Position numbers and translations under genes: made by a program | Notes under the pieces: generated by a model | Database searches by the model: none | The model's input: only the letters and a program-made list of their open reading frames with translations | What the model was told of the DNA's origin: nothing | Source: a virus | Taxonomy: Duplodnaviria > Caudoviricetes | IMG/VR virus record: IMGVR_UViG_3300033148_003224 | Coordinates: 1-32,189 of that record | Direction: 5' to 3' (one strand) | Length of the DNA stretch: 32,189 nt | In this document: in pieces, positions 25,844-32,189 of the stretch | Layout: each line of letters begins with the position of its first letter | Numbering within the stretch: the stretch's first letter is position 1

Positions 25844-28183
25844 ATGGCATTTAATTTAAATAAATTAGGAACAGTCGGTAACCAATCGCGACGCGCATCC
25901 AGCCCGTCACAATGGACTTATAAAAACAACAATGGTGACGATGTATTATCTGTAGATTTTTTTAACGATGCTTCTGATAGATTTTCTGCTGGAGATATTG
26001 TAACAATAATTGATTACGATTCAGGTGTTGTTTTTTCTAGAACAACATATCTAGTTGTAAGTGTTATTGGAGGAGTTGTATCAATAAAAGAAAGTGTATC
26101 TACACCAGAAAATATACTAACCGTTGCTGAATCCGGTGGTGACTTTGCTTCAATCAAAGATGCTTTAGATTCGATTGAAGATGCGTCAGAAACAAATAGA
26201 TATGTTGTACGTGTTGCTCCCGGTGTTTATAATGAAGATAATCCAATTCAAGGTAAATCATATACAAGTGTTGTATCATCTGGTGGACAAAACACAGTAC
26301 GTGTTGTTGCATCTAATGCTGATGAGCATTTGTTTTTATGTGTGAATTTATTCTTTTTAACAGGGCTATCATTGTTTGGAGTATCTGGTACAGATAAATA
26401 CGCAGTCGTTCAAGATACAGTAGGAGAAGTTTTAATTCAAGATTGTGTTATAACCGATTGTGAAAATGGTATTTTAATAAATAATGCAAACGCTTTAACT
26501 AATATTTTAACCTGTGCTATATATACAATAAATCCTGCTACAACTACAACGGTATGTGGGATATGTATATCAGCAGGAAATGTAATATTAGATTTCTTAA
26601 AAGTAGTTGCTAATTCAAAAGTAACAACACTTATTGACTGTAGTGGCGTAACTTCAATTTTAACATTAAATAATATTATTGCATTTAGTCCTAATGTTAC
26701 AACTGGTATTCTAGCTGATGATGGATGTAGAATATCTGGTTATGGATCAAGAATGATTGGTTTATATGATGGTATAGTTATACAAGGAAGTAATACACAA
26801 GTTAGATTAGATGTTATCCAAATATTTAATGCTCAAAATGATGGATTTAGAATAAATAATACTGGAACAGGAATTGAATTAGCTTTATTCGCTACTACTA
26901 TAAGTGGATGTGAAAGATTTAATTTTAATGTATTAAATCAAAATTCAATAACATCAGGTAATGGTTTCACTGAAATAGATAAAAGTTATATTGTTCCTGG
27001 TGCAAAGTTTTATGCATATCTCCTTGATACTACTGAAGATGATGAAGGTCTAAATATTTTAGGTGAATTACATGTTGGTATTCCTGAAAAAGGAACTGAG
27101 GCTGCAATAGGTGGTGGAGATAGTTACACACGTGGAATGTTAGTTTATACAGAAACAGACATAGGTGAATTCACAGATATATCAGTATCAGCTAAAAGTG
27201 CAAGTGGATCTACATTTACATTTACAGATGTTACAGAAGATAGTGCTATTTATGTTGCAAGTTCACTTTCTGATATTACAGATGTTTTAGAGCATTTTGG
27301 AATTAAATCAAAGGTAAATACTTCGGCAGTTGTCGGAACTGGTGGTATTGTTGCAGAATATTGGAACGGATCAGCTTGGACAGAATTAAAAGTAATGGAA
27401 GTTGAGTCTAGTGGAAGTTTTTATCCATATGCTAATAATATCTTTGAACATACAGGTGGACATCACATTAGATACAATAGTGATCTTGCAATTGATTCAT
27501 GGACAAAGAATGACCCAATGAATTTAGAAACTGATTATTATTGGGTTAGATTTAGAATTAACGGTGATATTGATACTGCTCCTATATTTGAACAGTTTAA
27601 ATTACACACAAATCGTTTTGAAATAAATGCTGATGGTTGGGTTGAATATTTTGGTAATGCAAGACCTATCGGGCAACTTCCTCTTAATTTTACAGTAGGA
27701 AGACCATTTGAAGGAAATATGCAAACTCAGAAACTTTATGTAAGTGAAGATATAGGTGTTGGATTTACAAATAATAAATTTACTGCTACAACAGATAAAA
27801 GTGGAATAGCTGGTAATCTTCCTTATGATCTAGACACATCAAGTCCAATTAAGTTTTTAATTTCAGGAAGACCGTCTACTACAGAAACAATAACATGGAC
27901 TATTAGGTGGGCATGGGTAAAAGATGGCGATACTTATTATACAACAGAACCTGCAGCTATAGAAAATTCTGATTCTATAACTACTAGTAGAGCCGTAGTT
28001 GCTGGAGAGATTTCTTCTTTTATTGCAGATATTGATGTATCAAGGATGGTTTCAAGAAGACCAGGAGCTTTTGGAGATCAACTATGGTTAAGTATTCAAC
28101 CAAGTACAATGGGAGGAACTTTTTCATTAGCGTCAAGTGGATTGAATTATACTAAATGGTGTGAAGGTGGACATGTGGCTTAG
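25844..28183 (+). CDS. spike protein: decoration-like N-terminus, parallel beta-helix (pectin lyase-like) and C-terminal beta domains
   Basis: N-terminus aligns with 15553..15810; TVAESGGDFASIKDALD...VRVAPGVYNE beta-helix cap; I/N/G/C-rich repeats. Confidence 0.8.
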   Translation: MAFNLNKLGTVGNQSRRASSPSQWTYKNNNGDDVLSVDFFNDASDRFSAGDIVTIIDYDSGVVFSRTTYLVVSVIGGVVSIKESVSTPENILTVAESGGDFASIKDALDSIEDASETNRYVVRVAPGVYNEDNPIQGKSYTSVVSSGGQNTVRVVASNADEHLFLCVNLFFLTGLSLFGVSGTDKYAVVQDTVGEVLIQDCVITDCENGILINNANALTNILTCAIYTINPATTTTVCGICISAGNVILDFLKVVANSKVTTLIDCSGVTSILTLNNIIAFSPNVTTGILADDGCRISGYGSRMIGLYDGIVIQGSNTQVRLDVIQIFNAQNDGFRINNTGTGIELALFATTISGCERFNFNVLNQNSITSGNGFTEIDKSYIVPGAKFYAYLLDTTEDDEGLNILGELHVGIPEKGTEAAIGGGDSYTRGMLVYTETDIGEFTDISVSAKSASGSTFTFTDVTEDSAIYVASSLSDITDVLEHFGIKSKVNTSAVVGTGGIVAEYWNGSAWTELKVMEVESSGSFYPYANNIFEHTGGHHIRYNSDLAIDSWTKNDPMNLETDYYWVRFRINGDIDTAPIFEQFKLHTNRFEINADGWVEYFGNARPIGQLPLNFTVGRPFEGNMQTQKLYVSEDIGVGFTNNKFTATTDKSGIAGNLPYDLDTSSPIKFLISGRPSTTETITWTIRWAWVKDGDTYYTTEPAAIENSDSITTSRAVVAGEISSFIADIDVSRMVSRRPGAFGDQLWLSIQPSTMGGTFSLASSGLNYTKWCEGGHVA

Positions 28184-28227
28184 AGAATAATTATAAATAA
28201 AAAAAGTATTAAAGATATGAGGTTAAA

Positions 28228-28479
28228 ATGACTAAGAGCGAAGCAAGTAAGATTGATGGTAAGTTGGATAGGATATTAAACCACCTATACAAACAGGATG
28301 CACGGTTAGATGTGATTGATGAAAAGCTTGAAAGCAATTCCAATGATCACGCTGAAATGAAACCTGTACTTAAAAATCATCAATCAGATATTGATAAATT
28401 AAAAGGTGGGCTTGCTCTGATAACAGTTATCGGAGTTGGGTCACTTGTTGCTTCAGTAAAGGGGTTATTTAAGCTCTAA
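28228..28479 (+). CDS. coiled-coil protein with C-terminal TM (lysis-associated/holin-like)
   Basis: Heptad N-terminus and hydrophobic C-terminus; position at the start of the lysis region. Confidence 0.6.
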   Translation: MTKSEASKIDGKLDRILNHLYKQDARLDVIDEKLESNSNDHAEMKPVLKNHQSDIDKLKGGLALITVIGVGSLVASVKGLFKL

Positions 28480-28480
28480 C

Positions 28481-28508
28481 TTGACTTTAATTCTTAAACC
28501 TGTATAAT
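28481..28508 (+). promoter_or_regulatory. sigma70-type promoter
   Basis: TTGACT-N16-TATAAT. Confidence 0.65.
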
Positions 28509-28513
28509 ATATA

Positions 28514-28590
28514 TAGGCCGGTGGTTGTTCTTCTTGTTCCGCCTTTTATGTCCGATTTCCTCATTGCTATCTCTCATATGCCGGCCACTT
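28514..28590 (+). ncRNA. candidate small RNA: GC clamp enclosing a C/U-rich loop
   Basis: GGCCGGTG (28516-23) pairs with TGCCGGCC (28579-86); starts at the expected TSS of the upstream promoter. Confidence 0.5.
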
Positions 28591-28594
28591 CAAT

Positions 28595-28622
28595 TTGACA
28601 TCTAATTTAAAACATCTATAGT
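28595..28622 (+). promoter_or_regulatory. promoter for holin/spanin genes
   Basis: TTGACA-N16-TATAGT. Confidence 0.6.
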
Positions 28623-28656
28623 AAAGTAATAGTAACTTAATAAATGGAGAACTATT

Positions 28657-28866
28657 ATGACAGAAAGTGAGAAATGGTATAAGTCCAAGACTATCTGGGG
28701 AGCGATTATTACAGTTGTTGCCTTTGTACTTGGAATGCTTGGATATGACATTAGTGCAGAAGATCAAAGTTTCATTATTAACAATATTATTGCGTTAGTA
28801 GGTATCTTTGGTGGATCTTTAGCTGTATATGGACGTATCAAAGCAACTAAAAAGATTTCAAAATAA
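28657..28866 (+). CDS. putative holin (2 TM)
   Basis: KWYKSKTIWGAII...YGRIKATKKI; two TM helices and a basic C-terminal tail. Confidence 0.75.
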   Translation: MTESEKWYKSKTIWGAIITVVAFVLGMLGYDISAEDQSFIINNIIALVGIFGGSLAVYGRIKATKKISK

Positions 28867-29015
28867 TGGATTTAGAAAGTATCATGAAGGCGGTAAAATT
28901 ATTATCGCCGATGCTTTTAATAGAGAGATGGAGGGCGAGACGTGAAAGTCAACGTAACCAAAAGATTATTGATGCTATTAACCGTGCTCGTGCTAAACGG
29001 ATGCGCAACAGGTAA
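28866..29015 (+). CDS. 49-aa basic protein at the i-spanin position (not in ORF track)
   Basis: MDLESIMKAVKLLSPMLLIERWRARRESQRNQKIIDAINRARAKRMRNR; TAATG-coupled to the holin; overlaps the lipoprotein gene. Confidence 0.55.
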   Translation: MDLESIMKAVKLLSPMLLIERWRARRESQRNQKIIDAINRARAKRMRNR

Positions 29016-29127
29016 AACATGTTGTGATGTTGTTGGTCACGTTGAGACTATAGAAGATCTGATAGCAGCAAAAGAACATTGTAAGTGTACTAATTCATTT
29101 TTGTCTATATTTAAGAGTTGTGAATAA
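28942..29127 (+). CDS. lipoprotein, putative o-spanin
   Basis: GGAGG RBS, GTG start, signal peptide with LNGC lipobox. Confidence 0.65.
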   Translation: MKVNVTKRLLMLLTVLVLNGCATGKTCCDVVGHVETIEDLIAAKEHCKCTNSFLSIFKSCE

Positions 29128-29153
29128 AAAGCCCCGTTAAGAGGCTTTTGTTT
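29126..29153. terminator. bidirectional terminator
   Basis: AAAAAGCC-CCGTTAAGA-GGCTTTT between convergent operons. Confidence 0.7.
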
Positions 29154-29400
29154 ATTTAATTATCTTAAGTTTCTGTAGATAGCTTTTCAATCCTAACCAT
29201 CCATCTGTTTTTAGTTTATCGAAATAGATTTTAAGTATAACTATAAGTTGTCTTGTTTCATTATTCTGGCCACTACGGTAGCTGTAATAAGTACGCAAGC
29301 TTCTAATCCCAAACAATTCCATGATCTGTTTACGTGTTAGTTTTTGATCTTTAATCTTTTTAAGAAAACCGTTAAATAGTTCATTTTTATGTTTAGTCAT
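29152..29400 (-). CDS. HTH DNA-binding protein
   Basis: LTRKQIMELFGIRSLRTYYSYRSG. Confidence 0.65.
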   Translation of the reverse strand: MTKHKNELFNGFLKKIKDQKLTRKQIMELFGIRSLRTYYSYRSGQNNETRQLIVILKIYFDKLKTDGWLGLKSYLQKLKIIK

Positions 29401-29411
29401 TATATACCTTT

Positions 29412-29804
29412 TTAAAAAAGTTTAGGTTGGGAGCTAGCTTGTTCTTGCCACTCGATTTTGTATTGTGCACATTCTTTAACATCTGCTAATAGAACTAACT
29501 CCGTAGAGTAGTTAATAGTTCGTCCGTTTTCTGTAAAAACAAATTTAGGACAATTTGAAACACCTTCAATAAATCCCTTTCCAAATTCTGTGATACTCCA
29601 CTTATGCTTATCATCTGTCTTTACAATTAGTTTAAAATATCGTAGCTTCTGAAAATTAGCATGCTCCGTATTCGTTAGTTTAAGTTTATCAAGTCTGGAT
29701 GGTTGACCGTATTTATAAAGTTTAAATAATCCAGATATTAACGTTTTGTTTATGTTGTGTTTATATTGGACTATCTTTTGTCCGCAGCATTCACATATTT
29801 TCAT
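29412..29804 (-). CDS. winged-helix-like protein with N-terminal CxxC
   Basis: CECCGQ; FQKLRYFKLI...WSITEFGKGF. Confidence 0.65.
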   Translation of the reverse strand: MKICECCGQKIVQYKHNINKTLISGLFKLYKYGQPSRLDKLKLTNTEHANFQKLRYFKLIVKTDDKHKWSITEFGKGFIEGVSNCPKFVFTENGRTINYSTELVLLADVKECAQYKIEWQEQASSQPKLF

Positions 29805-29815
29805 TACAATCTCCT

Positions 29816-30571
29816 TTAACTATGTGGTAACTCGTCAGGTTCTTCCTTACTGATGTTTATTTCATCAATACGTAATTGAAATAAATTCCATAATGTATCT
29901 TCTTGATTAGGTGAAAACTCATATTTAGCTGTTGTCGCGTCATATACTTTCTGAACATCACCTTCAGTATTACACGATTTAATAAACTCACTTATAGTGC
30001 TTTTAAATTCACTATCAATAACTTTTTTTTCTTTCTTTAATTTATCAGGCTGAGTTTTTTTAAATGATTTTGAACTATCAAATATAACACCTTTTCCTTT
30101 ATAACTGATTTTTACATTCATTTTATTATCCTCAAAAGAATACTCATCAATAGATAAGTTACTAGAAAAGAAATTTACTGGTTTTTTATTTGCATCCATA
30201 TCCCACATAATACGGATAGTCGGAGCTTGATATAATTCTACACCAATTCCAAAGCGAGTTCCAGCACGCTTAAAACTATCACTATAAGAACCTTTTTCTT
30301 TCTCAGTGTTTGATTCTGTTCCAACATCAACACGCGTAACCCATTCTTTTATTTCATCATCGTATACACTTATTTCACAGCATAGATATTTCTTATCATC
30401 ATAAAAGTGTCTGTTTTTCCATTTAGAACCGAACACTTCATTTAATCGGTTAATATCTGTACGAGCCGTCTTATAAAGTAACAATGTAAAACTCTTTGCT
30501 GAATTACTACCAACACGAAGTTCTATATCATCTATTTTTAAAGGAGCCTGTAGCTCTTGTATCTTATCCAT
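29816..30571 (-). CDS. Rad52/Sak-like single-strand annealing protein
   Basis: LYKTARTDINRLNEVFG...W...EKEKGSYSDSFKRAGTRFGIGVELY. Confidence 0.85.
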   Translation of the reverse strand: MDKIQELQAPLKIDDIELRVGSNSAKSFTLLLYKTARTDINRLNEVFGSKWKNRHFYDDKKYLCCEISVYDDEIKEWVTRVDVGTESNTEKEKGSYSDSFKRAGTRFGIGVELYQAPTIRIMWDMDANKKPVNFFSSNLSIDEYSFEDNKMNVKISYKGKGVIFDSSKSFKKTQPDKLKKEKKVIDSEFKSTISEFIKSCNTEGDVQKVYDATTAKYEFSPNQEDTLWNLFQLRIDEINISKEEPDELPHS

Positions 30572-30611
30572 TTTAATATCCTTTTATTTTATACCTCATT
30601 ACTTATTTATA

Positions 30612-30640
30612 ATAATATACTAAAAAATATACCAAGTCAA
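30612..30640 (-). promoter_or_regulatory. sigma70-type promoter, conserved repeat copy 3
   Basis: TTGACT-TGGTATATTTTTTAGTA-TATTAT. Confidence 0.8.
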
Positions 30641-30993
30641 GTACTACTTTGTCTTTTTGATAATTCCCTGCATTTTGTATTAAATTCTTCATTAGGAAGA
30701 TCGCTACACTTTTTACAACTGCTACCTTCTTTTATGAAATCAACTTTATTACAAAAACAGCATTCATAATTTCCGTAAGACGCTACCTTTTGGTGTGGCT
30801 GTTTCTCTTCTATAAAATCTATATAATCTTTTCCTAGTATTTCAGACAGATGTCTAGGTTCTTTTCTATTTATAATTAGTCCACGTCGAGAGTATCCATA
30901 AATAAGAAAGTCAGCAGAAAGTTCAACTATCACAGACAATTGTCTCACTGTATATGTTTTAATAGGATTTATTAAATCTAAGTGTTTTCTCAT
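30637..30993 (-). CDS. hypothetical protein, HTH-like N-terminus and C-terminal Zn finger
   Basis: YTVRQLS; CCFC...CKKC. Confidence 0.6.
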   Translation of the reverse strand: MRKHLDLINPIKTYTVRQLSVIVELSADFLIYGYSRRGLIINRKEPRHLSEILGKDYIDFIEEKQPHQKVASYGNYECCFCNKVDFIKEGSSCKKCSDLPNEEFNTKCRELSKRQSST

Positions 30994-31106
30994 TCTCTCT
31001 CTCTTGAAGACTTACACAGGAACCCCCTGATGCTTCCATAATACCCATGTGCCATCACAAAGACCGGTTTAATCTCTAAGTAATTCATAAAGATAGCAGC
31101 AGCGTA

Positions 31107-31379
31107 TTAAACTGGTTTATTTATCGTTTCGCTTTTTTCTTTTGCTAGTTCTATACTTTCAATACCCATGTTGATATAAATACAGTTATCAACTTTTTTC
31201 ATAAACGAAACATCACAAGCATCATCTAGGCATTTATCTAATAAGTAACTTTGAGCTTCTACGCGACTTTCAAATATACGTATGTATTGCTCAAGACACA
31301 ATGGTCCAAAGTGTGTGAATTCATCAACCTTGTTTAAAATCCACCATTTATTTCCTTTAAGGGTTATAATATATTTCAT
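31107..31379 (-). CDS. hypothetical protein
   Basis: GAGGTG RBS; first gene after promoter copy 4. Confidence 0.7.
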   Translation of the reverse strand: MKYIITLKGNKWWILNKVDEFTHFGPLCLEQYIRIFESRVEAQSYLLDKCLDDACDVSFMKKVDNCIYINMGIESIELAKEKSETINKPV

Positions 31380-31424
31380 GCTGCACCTCTTGTTTTTATT
31401 AAGTCCTCATTGACTATAAATACA

Positions 31425-31453
31425 ATACTATACTAAAAAATATACCATGTCAA
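31425..31453 (-). promoter_or_regulatory. sigma70-type promoter, conserved repeat copy 4
   Basis: TTGACA-TGGTATATTTTTTAGTA-TAGTAT. Confidence 0.8.
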
Positions 31454-31842
31454 CACCCTTTGTGATCTTTTTTAACTTTTCTTATTTTCTGTAGTAATTC
31501 AAGTAGGGATAACGTTGTTGTTTTATTATATTTGTGATCTGTTTCAATCTCATACAATTCAACCTCTGATAAAATACCATTCTTAACAGCTAAGCTATAT
31601 AGATCTGGTTTCCATCTTGTTTCATCATGGTGGGCTTTTGAATGACACAATCCACATAAGGTTATCATGTTTCTAATATCGAATTGATATTTAGAAGAAG
31701 ATCCGACTGTTTTAATAAAATGATGAACAGTTAAGAATTGATTCGCACCGCACATTAAACAACACCCATCTCTTTCTCTAGCTATTTGTTTAACCTCAGT
31801 GTCAAGTGCAAGTTTAATCTTTTTTCTATCCAAAGTAGGCAT
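31450..31842 (-). CDS. HNH-fold nuclease (NinG/Rap-like)
   Basis: RERDGCCLMCG...VHHF...NMITLCGLCH. Confidence 0.75.
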   Translation of the reverse strand: MPTLDRKKIKLALDTEVKQIARERDGCCLMCGANQFLTVHHFIKTVGSSSKYQFDIRNMITLCGLCHSKAHHDETRWKPDLYSLAVKNGILSEVELYEIETDHKYNKTTTLSLLELLQKIRKVKKDHKGC

Positions 31843-32185
31843 CGTATTCCTCTTCGATTTGCAGTGGACATCCAGCGTCCACCATTTCTTTATCTAAATC
31901 TCTAATAGCAATTTTAGCTTGATCTTTTGTTGCATCTGCCCATGAACCTACTTTAGTTTTAATATGCTTACCTTTGAAAGCATCTATCATTGCAACACGT
32001 CCTTGTGGAGTTATGTCTAAATCTTTAATAACATTCCATATTTTTCTTTTGTCTGCATCATTCTCAAATATAGGCTCGTATATTATCTGCTGTTTCATTA
32101 AACCGCATAATTGTTTATATTTATCTCTAAGCTCTTCAGAAGACGAATAAGATGCGTTTCCATCAATCCAGTAGTGATTTAACAT
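31826..32185 (-). CDS. hypothetical protein, probably 5'-truncated by the window edge
   Basis: ORF runs close to the window end and overlaps the next gene. Confidence 0.55.
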   Translation of the reverse strand: MLNHYWIDGNASYSSSEELRDKYKQLCGLMKQQIIYEPIFENDADKRKIWNVIKDLDITPQGRVAMIDAFKGKHIKTKVGSWADATKDQAKIAIRDLDKEMVDAGCPLQIEEEYDAYFG

Positions 32186-32189
32186 CTTA

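Noticed and set aside
28516-28586. CsrA/RsmA sponge on the minus strand (three GGA motifs) or tRNA
   Set aside because: The promoter points along the + strand, the GGAs lack ANGGA hairpin context, and there is no cloverleaf
2438-31453. 25-bp repeat as CRISPR repeat or att site
   Set aside because: Copies are dispersed rather than regularly spaced, and each fits a -35/-10 promoter upstream of a gene
1-32189. Diversity-generating retroelement (as in BPP-1), integrase, RNA/DNA polymerase, alternative genetic code
   Set aside because: No RT, TR/VR repeat pair, recombinase or polymerase motifs seen; genes are intact under the standard code

Overview
This is a roughly 32 kb, AT-rich segment of a tailed dsDNA phage genome with podovirus-type (T7/BPP-1/P22-like) morphogenesis genes. 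The host is probably Gram-negative, given a spanin-like lipoprotein. Layout: leftward early/replication genes (1-4.1 kb), a divergent promoter pair (~4.15-4.24 kb), rightward small accessory genes, terminase, a fibre gene, portal, scaffold, an inserted HNH gene, major capsid, decoration protein, tail adaptor and nozzle, three ejection proteins, a beta-helix spike and lysis genes. A convergent leftward block follows (Sak/Rad52-like annealase, HNH/NinG-like, HTH proteins). Highlights: (1) the ~85-aa decoration-like domain occurs three times, once alone and twice fused to the only fibre/spike proteins, suggesting capsid-displayed adhesins; (2) an XRE-HTH is fused to a DUF2829/Tad2-like domain; (3) four near-identical early promoters share a 17-bp spacer; (4) two promoter-driven C/U-rich small-RNA candidates are complementary to early transcript leaders or RBSs; (5) a polyvalent ejection protein carries ART and HExxH domains. 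All family calls are from motif recognition and synteny, with no database search.
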